A DNA stretch of 64,000 nt, taken from positions 360,096,001 through 360,160,000 of the forward strand of contig NW_027362769.1 in NCBI RefSeq assembly GCF_046119375.1, read 5' to 3'. Below the pieces are notes generated by a model. That model did no database searches and was not told where the DNA came from. It saw only the letters and a program-made list of their open reading frames with translations. Positions 24,180 through 37,200 of this stretch are shown piece after piece. A program made the translations under genes and the position numbers. Position 1 is the stretch's first letter, and each line of letters opens with the position of its first letter. The DNA is from Phyllobates terribilis. Lineage: Eukaryota.

Positions 24180-25737
24180 GAGATGCGCAAGACACATAAG
24201 TGCCTTCTTGCTGCACTACCTGCAGCATGACCCTCATATTGTCAGAATTCGAAGTAATCATGACTACTGGGTTGCCACACTCTTAGATCCCCCAAACTTT
24301 TCGATCAACCTTTTCATTTTAATAAAGACCAAAAAAATGGTCATTTTTGAAATTATAAGCATTAGCAGGTTGTTAGAAACTGAAATCAAACAGTTTTCAA
24401 CTCAAAACTTTATTCTAGGTGATGTTACATTTTCACATAGGACCCCTTGTTCGAAAGGAGCTTCTGAACTCTCTCGTCCATTGAATTTGTCAGGTTTTGG
24501 ATGGTTTCTGCTTCAATTGTTTTGCATGAGGACAGAATACCCTCCCAGAGCTGTTGCTTAGATGTGAACTGCCTCCCGCCATCATAGACACTCCTTTTAA
24601 TGATGCTCCAAAGGTTCTGAATGGGGTAGAGGTCAGGGGAGCATGGGGGTCACACCATAAGTTTGTCCCCTTTTATGCCCATATCAGCCAGAGATGCAGA
24701 TGTTTTATGTGCAGCATGAGATGGTGCATTATCATGCAGAAAAATGATCTTGCTGTGAAATACACGGTTCTTCTTCTTGAACCATGGCAGGAAGTGCTGT
24801 TTGAGAAAATCCACATACATTATGGAGTTCATCTTTAGCGCCTTCAGGGATCCTAAAGGGGCCGACAATCTCTCTCCCCATGATTCCAGCCCAAAACATT
24901 ACTCCACCTCCTCCTTGTTGGCGCTGTAGCAGTGTTTGCGTGGGGTGTCCATCAACCAGCCATCCTCCACTCCATTCATCTGGACCATCGAGCGCTGCAC
25001 GGCACTCATCCGTGAACAAAACAGTTTTGAAATCAGTCTTCATGTTATGTTTGGCCCACTGGAGCCGTTTCTGCTTGTGTGAAGTGGATAGAGGAGGTCG
25101 ACAGGATGGCATATGCACAGCTGCAAACCTCTGAAGGACCCTGCATCTTGTTGTTCGGGGGACGTTGGAGGCACAAGCAGCTTCAAAAACTTGTCTGCTG
25201 TTATGACAAGGCTTTTTTGCCGCTGCTGTTTCAACCTGACGTAATTGCCTGTAGGAAAGAGTCCTCAATTTGCCCTTATCAGCACGCACACGTGTGTACT
25301 GTGAATCAGCTACATACTTCTTGATTGCCAAGACACTTCATCCTGATCATCGCACAATGTTGATTGTAGTCATGCCTTGACCTAAACACTCCACAATTTG
25401 TTGCTTCTCAGCAGCCGACACATCCTTTTTCTTTCCCATTTTGGCAGAAAATGTAGGCTGCTTAATAATGTGAGAGAGCCTTCTTAAGTAGTCTTGCCTT
25501 TCATTGGACACACCTGCCAAACTAATTAGCACAGGTGTCTGCAATTGCTTACAGTGATATAAAGAGCCCTGACACACATCACCATCAATGAGTTTAACTG
25601 ACAAACAAACAAATTCTTCCCTTATCACTCCTAAACACTTTTTGCATAATAATTTGGAACGCGGTGTACATGTGCTTTTCCACAAAACACCAGTGGTTCA
25701 CGTAGTGAATCTTACAGTTCTAACTTGCCAACCGTGG
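24180..25737 (+). pseudogene. Second hAT transposase fragment (about 24180-24292 and 25667-25737) split by a Tc1
   Basis: LHYLQHDPHIVRIRSNHDYWVATLLDP matches 23290-23370. TACATGTGCTTTTCCACAAAA matches 23460 onward. About 90 bp of hAT and one Tc1 end are missing at the left junction. Confidence 0.85.
24293..25666 (-). mobile_element. Decayed Tc1/mariner element (transposase remnant 24425-25439)
   Basis: VLFTDECR, FLHDNAPSH and PCSPDLYPIQNLW (catalytic E replaced by Q), with stops and frameshifts. One terminus, followed by TA at 25667-25668. Confidence 0.9.
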
Positions 25738-27411
25738 TCTGTATGGAATTGTTCAATAAAGGGCCCAAAATTAAGATAACATAGATGGGAGAGGTCTCTA
25801 TGAATAGGAATTCCTAAGTATTTGATACCCTGTGAGGGCCAGGCAAAGGGAAAGTTGGACTGGATGGAATCCTATATGGATTTAGGGAGGGAGACATCGA
25901 GGGCCTCAGACTTCGCTGCATTGATTTTAAAATTTTACCATGTAACAAAGTGATCTATTTCAGCCATAACAGCAGGGATGGATATATGTGATTGAGTGAT
26001 ATATACTAGGACATCATCAGCAAATAGAGAGCACTTGTACTCAGTGCCTCCCACCTCAATCCACCTAATATTGGGGTTATGGCGAATTGATGAGAGCAGG
26101 TGCTCCGTCACTAGGATGTATAAGAGAGGGGACAGAGGACATCCCTGCCTTGTCCCATTGGTGATTGTGAAAGGTGATGAAAATGTTCTGACGCACCCCC
26201 TGGGCCTTGGGACACCCGGAGCCGGACCCTTTTTGGTGGATGCTGGTGGTTGTAGTCTTCGTGGCGGCGATCCGGTTCCGTGGCTCAGGGCGGTCAAACC
26301 AGTGGCGGAACTATTTATGTGGTTTTGATGTTTAAATGTCCGACTACGCCACCCGTGGATTGCGGTCAGAGTGAACCGCCGCTACAGGGCAGACCGCTAA
26401 GGCTGGTGTTGTGGGTGCAGCAGAGCGTAGCATAACTCCCCACGGGAGGAGTATAGCCTCAGGGCAGTGTATGCGGAGGATGGGGGTGATGGTGCAGGGC
26501 AGCAGCAGTAACGACACGGAGTCAGTGATGCAGTTCAGGGCCTTTACCAACACTTCTGTCCGGCTGCCTCGGGCCTCCTCTTGGTAAACTTGGCGCCAGT
26601 TTCCCTGACCCTATGTGGTGCCTTCCTAGCGGGTGGAGCAAGGGGCTGCGCCACATAAAATGTCAGAGCCTCCGGTTTCTAGCTGAGGGTCGTTTCCTGC
26701 CTCCACTAGTTCGGGGACCGGTCTCCCCCTTTGGCCTGACCCCTCCACGCAGGTGGATTCGGGCGTGCGGTGGCGACTCGCCCGTCCGCACCCCTGGGAT
26801 CCCTTCATTCCTCGTTCCTGGAGCCTTCTCCGCTCCTCTTCCTTCCTTCTCCCTCTTGCAGGCCTGGGCCTCTGTTACTAGGCCCGCCTCCGGAGCAGAG
26901 CTCATGCAGAGCCCCTGCTCCCTGCCACTTCTGCTCAGACTTCTCTGCACTGAACTAAGATGGTGCCCACCTTTTATACTCCCTTCTCAATGCACCCAGG
27001 AACTGCTTCCTCCCTGCTCCTGCACTGCAGGGTTCCCCTTCCTCAGTGTTCCCTCCCCCCACTCCAGCCAGGGACAGGGACTGTCGTGCCCATCTCAGGG
27101 GCATATTGGTCGCCCTGCCCCACGGCAATGTGGTGTAATGCATGCAGGTGTCGGGTCCTGATCCACACTCCATCCTTATCTGAGAGTGAGATATCACACC
27201 TCTGGGTGAGGTGCAATACGTCTGTAGCAACCGAGCCCTCGGTGCTACAGTTCCATTTATCTTCAGCCTAGGTGACGTATTGTGATACAGGGCCGTGATT
27301 TTGGCTATAAAAGGGTCCCCTAGACCCCTACCCCAAGCTTTTTAAGAGAATCATATATGGCGTGCCAGGAGACTCTATGGAATGCTTTCTCAGCATCCAA
27401 CGAGAGTATCT
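25738..27411 (-). pseudogene. L1/Tx1-type RT fragment split by a solo LTR (copy of 704-2530)
   Basis: ORF 25935..26297 contains TRQGCPLSPLLY and LFADDVLVY. LDAEKAF motif near 27385-27405. Confidence 0.85.
26189..27249 (-). mobile_element. Solo LTR (copy of 1155-2367 with a 150-bp deletion)
   Basis: Same GTTC TSD (26185-26188 / 27250-27253). Lacks the equivalent of 1514-1663, which is bounded by TTAC microhomology. Confidence 0.75.
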
Positions 27412-27663
27412 ACTTACAAATTTTTAACTGCATCTAGCCCAGGAAATACTTTGTGCCTAGTAGCAGTGTCTGCTAGTCAGTGGATTATCCCGGCTGTTAA
27501 GCAAGCTACACCACCTGTAGTTTGGACACTTAATTTTTTCAAAGGAAATGCTTCGGGACCACGGGATACTTAGTGAAGAGCATCAGGAGGCACCCCAAGG
27601 CATAGGGGCTGGGACTGGCACTAGGATGCCTTGCGGTGGACAGCCGAGCTCGATCCTTATAAA

Positions 27664-27785
27664 AGCTTTTTAACTGCAGCAGCTTTAGTGGACGCTACTG
27701 GAGCTGGAATTACGCGGCTGCTGGCATGAGACTTGCCCTCCAATAGATCCTTGTAAATGGATTTAAAGTGTATTCATTCAAATTA
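27664..27785 (-). pseudogene. Decayed 18S rRNA fragment (copy of 2782-2905)
   Basis: AGCTTTTTAACTGCAGC...GGAGCTGGAATTACGCGGCTGCTGGCA...CTTGCCCTCCAAT, with one base fewer than copy 1 in the conserved CCGCGG. Confidence 0.88.
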
Positions 27786-28291
27786 GAGGGACAATTTAAA
27801 TTAAAAAGCTTAGAGCTGCCTCCACCACAGGGGGGCTCTCTCGACCCACCAGCGGACAGGCACCAGTATTGGGAGAGGGGGGCTGGCCGTCAGGGTTCAC
27901 CGCGGCTCTGGCACAAACCTGGCGACACGGAGGTGGCACGGGCAGGAGCGGACTGGGCGTCTCGGCTTCTCACTTTTTGGATTTTAGAAGGGCATGACAT
28001 GCCTATATCTGTGTCTCCCCCTCCTTTTACTCCTCCACCTCTTTTCTTTTCGCATGACTATATGTACTTGTCACTTTTCCATGTGTTAGTTGTGTCTTCT
28101 GAGCAGTTTGTCAGCTTTTGGACACCTTTGAAGGTGTTTTCTATGTGTTTCCATGTGTTTTTGTTTGCCTGCCATTGGTTTTAACGGTGTTCGAAGGTGT
28201 TCGACGAACAGTTCGACGAACAGTTCGGCGAACACACGGGTGTCCGACGAACCGAACCGAACTTGAACACTACGGGGGTGGCTCAACACTA

Positions 28292-31200
28292 GTGCCACCA
28301 CCTTGTACCCTGCAGAGCTGTATAATCAGTGCCATCATCTTGTCCCCGGCAGAGCTGTATAAGTGCCACCACCTTGTCCCCGGCAGAGCTGTATGATCAG
28401 AGCCACCTCCTTGTCCCCTGCAGAGCTGTATGATCAGTGCCACCACCTTGTCCCCGGCAGAGCTGTATGATCAGTGCCACCACCTTGTCCCCGCCAGAGC
28501 TGTATTATCAGTGCCACCACCTTGTCCTCGGCAGAGCTGTATGATCAGAGCCACCTCCTTGTCCCCTGCAGAGCTGTATGATCAGAGCCACCACCTTGTC
28601 CCCTGCAGAGCTGCATTATCAGTGCCACCACTTTGTCCCCTGCAGAGCTGTATGATCAATGCCACCACCTTGTCCCCACCAGAGCTGTATAAGTGCCACC
28701 ACCTTGTCCCCGGCAGAGCTGTATGATCAGAACCACCACCTTGTCCCCTGCAGAGCTGTATGATCAGAGCCACCACCTTGTCCCCTGCAGAGCTGTATAA
28801 TCAGTGCTATCATCTTGTCCCCGGCAGAGCTGTATGATCAGTGCCACCACCTTGTCCCCGCCAGAGCTGTATAAGTGCCACCACCTTGTCCCCGGCAGAG
28901 CTGTATGATCAGAGCCACCTCCTTGTCCCCTGCAGAGCTGTATGATCAGTGCCACCACCTTGTCCCCGCCAGAGCTGTATAAGTGCCACCACCTTGTCCC
29001 CGGCAGAGCTGTATGATCAGAGCCACCTCCTTGTCCCCTGCAGAGCTGTATGATCAGTGCCACCACCTTGTCCCCGCCAGAGCTGTAATAGTGCTACCAC
29101 CTTGTCCCCGGCAAATCTGTATGATCAGAGCCACCTTCTTGTCCCCTGCAGAGCTGTATGATCAGTGCCACCACCTTGTCCCCTGCAGAGCTGTATAATC
29201 AGTGCCATCATCTTGTCCCCGGCAGAGCTGCATTATCAGTGCCACCACTTTGTCCCCTGCAGAGCTGTATGATCAGTGCCACCTCCTTGTCCCCTGCAGA
29301 GCTGTATGATCAGAGCCACCACCTTGTCCCCTACAGAGCTGTATGATCAGTGCCAACACCTTGTCCCCTGCAGAGCTGTATAATCAGTGCCATCATCTTG
29401 TCCCCGGCAGAGTTTTATGATCAGTGCCACCACCTTGTCCCCGGCAGAGCTGTATGATCAGAGCCACCTCCTTGTCCCCTGCAGAGCTGTATGATCAGAG
29501 CCACCACCTTGCCCCCTTCCGAGCTGTATGATCAGAGCCACCACCTTGTCCCCTGCAGAGCTGTATGATCAGTGCTACCACCATGTCCCCGGCAGAGCTG
29601 TATGATCAGAGCCATCACCTTGTCCCCGGCAGAGCTGTATTATGAGTGACACCACTTTGTCCCCTGCAGAGCTGTATGATCAGTGCCACCACCTTGTCCC
29701 CGCCAGAGCTGTATAAGTGCCACCACCTTGTCCCCGGCAGAGCTGTATGATCAGAGCCACCTACTTGTCCACTGCAGAGCTGTATGATCAGTGCCACCAC
29801 CTTGTCCCCTGCAGAGCTGTATAATCAGTGCCATCATCTTGTCCCCGGCAGAGCTGCATTATCAGTGCCACCACTTTGTCCCCTGCAGAGCTGTATGATC
29901 AGTGCCACCACCTTGTCCCCACCAGAGCTGTATAAGTGCCACCACCTTGTCCCCAGCAGAGCTGTGTGATCAGAGTCACCACCTTGTCCCCTGCAGAGCT
30001 GTATGATCAGTGCCACCACCTTGTCCCCTGCAGAGCTGTATAATCAGTGCCATCATCTTCTCCCCGGCAGAGCTGTATGATCAGTGCCACCACCTTGTCC
30101 CCGCCAGAGCTGTATAAGTGCCACCACCTTGTCCCCGGCAGAGCTGTATGATCAGAGCCACCTCCTTGTCCCCTGCAGAGCTGTATGATCAGTGCCACCA
30201 CCTTGTCCCCGCCAGAGCTGTATAAGTGCCACCACCTTGTCCGCGGCAGAGCTGTTTGATCAGAGCCACCTCCTTGTCCCCTGCAGAGCTGTATGATCAG
30301 TGCCACCACCTTGTCCCCGCCAGAGCTGTATAAGTGCTACCACCTTGTCCCCGGCAGAGCTGTATGATCAGAGCCACCTCCTTGTCCCCTGCAGAACTGT
30401 ATGATCAGTGCCACCACCTTGTCCCCTGCAGAGCTGTATAATCAGTGCCATCATTTTGTCCCCGGCAGAGCTGCATTATCAGTGTCACCAATTTGTCCCC
30501 TGCAGAGCTGTATGATCAGTGCCACCTCCTTGTCCCCTGCAGAGCTCTATGATCAGAACCACCACCTTGTCCCCTACAGAGCTGTATGATCAGTGCCACC
30601 ACCTTGTCCCCTGCAGAGCTGTATAATCAGTGCCATCATCTTGTCCCCGGCAGAGCTGTATGATCAGTGCCACCACCTTGTCCCCGGCAGAGCTGTATGA
30701 TCAGAGCCACCTCCTTGTCCCCTGCAGAGCTGTATGATCAGTGCCACCACCTTGTCCCCTGCAGAGCTGTATGATCAGTGCCACCACCTTGTCCCCACCA
30801 GAGCTGTATAAGTGCCAACACCTTGTCCCCGGCAGAGCTGTATGATCAGAGCCACCACCTTGTCCCCTGCAGAGCTGTATGATCAGTGCTACCACCATGT
30901 CCCCGGCAGAGCGGTATGATCAGAGCCACCACCTTGTCCCCGGCAGAGCTGTATTATGAGTGCCACCACTTTGTCCCCTGCAGAGCTGTATGATCAGTGC
31001 CACCACCTTGTCCCCGCCAGAGCTGTATAAGTGCCACCACCTTGTCCCCGGCAGAGCTGTATGATCAGAGCCACCTCCTTGTCCCCTGCAGAGCTGTATG
31101 ATCAGTGCCAACACCTTGTCCCCTGCAGAGCTGTATAATCAGTGCCATCATCTTGTCCCCGGCAGAGCTGCATTATCAGTGCCACCACTTTGTCCCCTGC

Positions 31201-34200
31201 AGAGCTTTATGACCAGTGCCACCACCTTGTCCCCACCAGAGCTGTATAAGTGCCACCACCTTGTCCCCGGCAGAGCTGTATGATCAGAGCCACCACCTTG
31301 TCCCCTGCAGAGCTGTATGATCAGTGCCACCACCTTGTCCCCTGCAGAGCTGTATAATCAGTGCCATCATCTTGTCCCCGGCAGAGCTGTATGATCAGTG
31401 CCACCATCTTGTCCCCGCCAGAGCTGTATAAGTGCCACCACCTTGTCCCCGGCAGAGCTGTATGATCAGAGCCACCTCCTTGTCCCCTGCAGAGCTGTAT
31501 GATCAGTGCCACCACCTTGTCCCCGCCAGAGCTGTATAAGTGCCACCACATTGTCCCCGGCAGAGCTGTATGATCAGAGCCACCTCCTTGTCCCCTGCAG
31601 AGCTGTATGATCAGTGCCACCACCTTGTCCCCGCCAGAGCTGTATAAGTGCTACCACCTTGTCCCCGGCAGAGGTGTATGATCAGAGCCACCTCCTTGTC
31701 CCCAGCAGAGCTGTATGATCAGTGCCACCACCTTGTCCCCTGCAGAGCTGTATAATATGTGCCATCATCTTGTCCCCGGCAGAGCTGCATTATCAGTGCC
31801 ACCACTTTGTCCCCTGCAGAGCTGTATGATCAGTGCTACCTCCTTGTCCCCTGCAGAGCTGTATGATCAGAGCCACCTCCTTGTCCACTGCAGAGCTGTA
31901 TGATCAGAGCCACCACCTTGTCCCCTGCAGAGCTGTATGATCAGTGCCACCACCTTGTCCCCTGCAGAGCTATATAATCAGTGCCATCATCTTGTCCCCG
32001 GCAGAGCTGTATGATCAGTGCCACCACCTTGTCCCCGCCAGAGCTGTCTAAGTGCCACCACCTTGTCCCCGGCAGAGCTGTATGATCAGAGCCACCTCCT
32101 TGTCCCCTGCAGAGCTGTATGATCAGTGCCACCACCTTGTCCCCTGCAGAGCTGTATAATCAGTGCCATGATCTTGTCCCCGGCAGAGCTGCATTATCAG
32201 TGCCACCACTTTGTCCCCTGCAGAGCTGTATGATCAGTGCCACCACCTTGTCCCCACCAGAGCTGTATAAGTGCCACCACCTTGTCCCCGGCAGAGCTGT
32301 ATGATCAGAGCCACCACCTTGTCCCCTGCAGAGCTGTATGATCAGTGCCACCACCTTGTCCCCTGCAGAGCTGTATAATCAGTGCTATCATCTTGTCCCC
32401 GGCAGAGCTGTATGATCAGTGCCATCACCTTGTCCCCGCCAGAGCTGTATAAGTGCCACCACCTTGTCCCCGGCAGAGCTGTATGATCAAAGCCACCTCC
32501 TTGTCCCCTGCAGAGCTGTATGATCAGTGCCACCACCTTGTCCCCGCCAGAGCTGTATAAGTGCCACCACCTTGTCCCCGGCAGAGCTGTATGATCAGAG
32601 CCACCTCCTTGTCCCCTGCAGAGCTGTATGATCAGTGCCACCACCTTGTCCCCGCCAGAGCTGTATAAGTGCTACCACCTTGTCCCCGGCAGAGCTGTAT
32701 GATCATAGTCACCTCCTTGTCCCCTGCAGAACTGTATGATCAGTGCCACCACCTTGTCCCCTGCAGAGCTGTATAATCAGTGCCATCATTTTGTCCCCGG
32801 CAGAGCTGCATTATCAGTGCCACCAATTTGTCCCCTGCAGAGCTGTATGATCAGTGCTACCACCATGTCCCCGGCAGAGCTGTATGATCAGAGCCACCAC
32901 CTTGTCCCCGGCAGAGCTGTATTATGAGTGCCACCACTTTGTCCCCTGCAGAGCTGTATGATCAGTGCCACCACCTTGTCCCCGCCAGAGCTGTATAAGT
33001 GCCACCACCTTGTCCCCGGCAGAGCTGTATGATCAGAGCCACCTCCTTGTCCCCTGCAGAGCTGTATGATCAGTGCCACCACCTTGTCCCCTGCAGAGCT
33101 GTATAATCAGTGCCATCATCTTGTCCCCGGCAGAGCTGCATTATCAGTGCCACCACTTTGTCCCCTGCAGAGCTGTATGATCAGTGCCACCACCTTGTCC
33201 CCGGCAGAGCTGTATGATCAGAGCCACCACCTTGTCCCCTGCAGAGCTGTATGATCAGTGCCACCACCTTGTCCCCTGCAGAGCTGTATAATCAGTGCCA
33301 TCAACTTGTCCCCGGCAGAGCTGTATGATCAGTGCCACCACCTTGTCCCCGCCAGAGCTGTATAAGTGCCACCACCTTGTCCCTGGCAGAGCTGTATGAT
33401 CAGAGCCACCTCCTTGTCCCCTGCAGAGCTGTATGATCAGTGCCACCACCTTGTCCCCGCCAGAGCTGTATAAGTGCCACCACCTTGTCCCCGGCAGAGC
33501 TGTATGATCAGAGCCACCTCCTTGTCCCCTGCAGAGCTGTATGATCAGTGCCACCAGCTTGTCCCCGCCAGAGCTGTATAAGTGCTACCACCTTGTCCCC
33601 GGCAGAGGTGTATGATCAGAGCCACCTCCTTGTCCCCTGCAGAGCTGTATGATCAGTGCCACCACCTTGTCCCCTGCAGAGCTGTATAATATGTGCCATC
33701 ATCTTGTCCCCGGCAGAGCTGCATTATCAGTGCCACCACTTTGTCCCCTGCAGAGCTGTATGATCAGTGCTACCTCATTGTCCCCTGCAGAGCTGTATGA
33801 TCAGAGCCACCACCTTGTCCCCTACAGAGCTGTATGATCAGTGCCACCACCTTGTCCCCTGCAGAGCTGTATAATCAGTGCCATCATCTTGTCCCCGGCA
33901 GAGCTGTATGATCAGTGCCACCACCTTGTCCCCGGCAGAGCTGTATGATCAGAGCCACCTCCTTGTCCACTGCAGAGCTGTATGATCAGAGCCACCACCT
34001 TGTCCCCTGCAGAGCTGTATGATCAGTGCCACCACCTTGTCCCCTGCAGAGCTATATAATCAGTGCCATCATCTTGTCCCCGGCACAGCTGTATGATCAG
34101 TGCCACCACCTTGTCCCCGCCAGAGCTGTCTAAGTGCCACCACCTTCTCCCCGGCAGAGCTGTATGATCAGAGCCACCTCCTTGTCCCCTGCAGAGCTGT

Positions 34201-37200
34201 ATGATCAGTGCCACCACCTTGTCCCCTGCAGAGCTGTATAATCAGTGCCATCATCTTGTCCCCGGCAGAGCTGCATTATCAGTGCCACCACTTTGTCCCC
34301 TGCAGAGCTGTATGATCAGTGCCACCACCTTGTCCCCGCCAGAGCTGTATAAGTGCCACCACCTTGTCCCCGGCAGAGCTGTATGATCAGAGCCACCTCC
34401 TTGTCCCCTGCAGAGCTGTATGATCAGTGCCACCACCTTGTCCCCGCCAGAGCTGTAAAAGTGCTACCACCTTGTCCCCGGCAAAGCTGTATGATCAGAG
34501 CCACCTTCTTGTCCCCTGCAGAGCTGTATGATCAGTGCCACCATCTTGTCCCCTGCAGAGCTGTATAATCAGTGCCATCATCTTGTCCCCGGCAGAGCTG
34601 CATTATCAGTGCCACCACTTTGTCCCCTGCAGAGCTGTATGATCAGTGCCACCTCCTTGTCCCCTGCAGAGCTGTATGATCAGAGCCACCACCTTCTCCC
34701 CTACAGAGCTGTATGATCAGTGCCACCACCTTGTCCCCGGCAGAGCTGTATGATCAGAGCCACCTCCTTGCCCCCTGCAGAGCTGTATGATCAGAGCCAC
34801 CACCTTGCCCCCTTACGAGCTGTATGATCAGAGCCACCACCTTGTCCCCTGCAGAGCTGTATGATCAGTGCTACCACCATGTCCCCGGCAGAGCTGTATG
34901 ATCAGAGCCATCACCTTGTCCCCGGCAGAGCTGTATTATGAGTGACACCACTTTGTCTCCTGCAGAGCTGTATGATCAGTGCCACCACCTTGTCCCCTGC
35001 AGAGCTGTATAAGTGCCACCACCTTGTCCCCGGCAGAGCTGTATGATCAGAGCCACCTCCTTGTCCCCTGCAGAGCTGTATGATCAGTGCCACCACCTTG
35101 TCCCCTGCAGAGCTGTATAATCAGTGCCATCATCTTGTCCCCGGCAGAGCTGCATTATCAGTGCCACCACTTTGTCCCCTGCAAAGCTGTATGATCAGTG
35201 CCACCACCTTGTCCCCACCCGAGCTGTATAAGTGCCACCACCTTGTCCCCGGCAGAGCTGTATGATCAGAGTCACCACCTTGTCCCCGGCAGAGCTGTAT
35301 GATCAGTCCCACCACCTTGTCCCCTGCAGAGCTGTATAATCAGTGCCATCATTTTGTCCCTGGCAGAGCTGCATTATCAGTGCCACCAATTTGTCCCCTG
35401 CAGAGCTGTATGATCAGTGCTACCACCATGTCCCCGGCATAGCTGTATGATCAGAGCCACCACCTTGTCCCCGGCAGAGCTGTATTATGAGTGCCACCAC
35501 TTTGTCCCCTGCAGAGCTGTATGATCAGTGCCACCACCTTGTCCCCGCCAGAGCTGTTTAAGTGCCACCACCTTGTCCCCGGCAGAGCTGTATGATCAGA
35601 GCCACCTCCTTGTCCCCTGCAGAGCTGTATGATCAGTGCCACCACCTTGTCCCCTGCAGAGCTGTATAATCAGTGCCATCATCTTGTCCCCGGCAGAGCT
35701 GCATTATCAGTGCCACCACTTTGTCCCCTGCAGAGCTGTATGATCAGTGCCACCACCTTGTCCCCACCAGAGCTGTATAAGTGCCACCACCTTGTCCCCG
35801 GCAGAGCTGTATGATCAGAGCCACCACCTTGTCCCCTGCAGAGTTGTATAATCAGTGCCACCACCTTGTCCCCTGCAGAGCTGTATAATCAGTGCCATCA
35901 TCTTGTCCCCGGCAGAGCTGTATGATCAGTGCCACCACCTTGTCCCCGCCAGAGCTGTATAAGTGCCACCACCTTGTCCCCGGCACAGCTGTATGATCAG
36001 AGCCACCTCCTTGTCCCCTGCAGAGCTGTATGATCAGTGCCACCACCTTGTCCCCGCCAGAGCTGTATAAGTGCCACCACCTTGTCCCCGGCAGAGCTGT
36101 ATGATCAGAGCCACCTCCTTGTCCCCTGCCAAGCTGTATGATCAGTGCCACCACCTTGTCCCCGCCAGAGCTGTATAAGTGCTACCACCTTGTCCCCTGC
36201 AGAGGTGTATGATCAGAGCCACCTCCTTGTCCCCTGCAGAGCTGTATGATCAGTGCCACCACCTTGTCCCCTGCAGAGCTGTATAATATGTGCCATCATC
36301 TTGTCCCCGGCAGAGCTGCATTATCAGTGCCACCACTTTGTCCCCTGCAGAGCTGTATGATCAGTGCTACCTCCTTGTCCCCTGCAGAGCTGTATGATCA
36401 GAGCCACCACCTTGTCCCCTACAGAGCTGTATGATCAGTGCCACCACCTTGTCCACTGCAGAGCTGTATAATCAGTGCCATCATCTTGTCCCCGGCAGAG
36501 CTGTATGATCAGTGCCACCACCTTGTCCCCGGCAGAGCTGTATGATCAGAGCCACCTCCTTGTCCACTGCAGAGCTGTATGATCAGAGCCACCACCTTGT
36601 CCCCTGCAGAGCTGTATGATCAGTGCCACCACCTTGTCCCCTGCAGAGCTATATAATCAGTGCCATCATCTTGTCCCCGGCAGAGCTGTATGATCAGTGC
36701 CACCACCTTGTCCCCGCCAGAGCTGTCTAAGTGCCACCACCTTGTCCCCGGCAGAGCTGTATGATCAGAGCCACCTCCTTGTCCCCTGCAGAGCTGTATG
36801 ATCAGTGCCACCACCTTGTCCCCTGCAGAGCTGTATAATCAGTGCCATCATCTTGTCCCCGGCAGAGCTGCATTATCAGTGCCACCACTTTGTCCCCTGC
36901 AGAGCTGTATGATCAGTGCCACCACCTTGTCCCCACCAGAGCTGTATAAGTGCCAACACCTTGTCCCCGGCAGAGCTGTATGATCAGAGCCACCACCTTG
37001 TCCCCTGCAGAGCTGTATGATCAGTGCCCCACCTTGTCCCCTGCAGAGCTGTATGATCAGTGCCACCACCTTGTCCCCTGCAGAGCTGTATAATCAGTGC
37101 TATCATCTTGTCCCCGGCAGAGCTGTATGATCAGTGCCACCACCTTGTCCCCGCCAGAGCTGTATAAGTGCCACCACCTTGTCCCCGGCAGAGCTGTATG

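Larger units (their letters stand above)
15915..28291 (+). mobile_element. Full-length composite hAT transposon, 12,377 bp
   Basis: Terminal repeats TAGAGATGAGC / TAGTGTTGAGC (9 of 11 match). 8-bp TSD GTGCCACC at 15907-15914 and 28292-28299. GTTCG/CGAAC subterminal repeats at both ends. Internal transposase ORF. Confidence 0.93.
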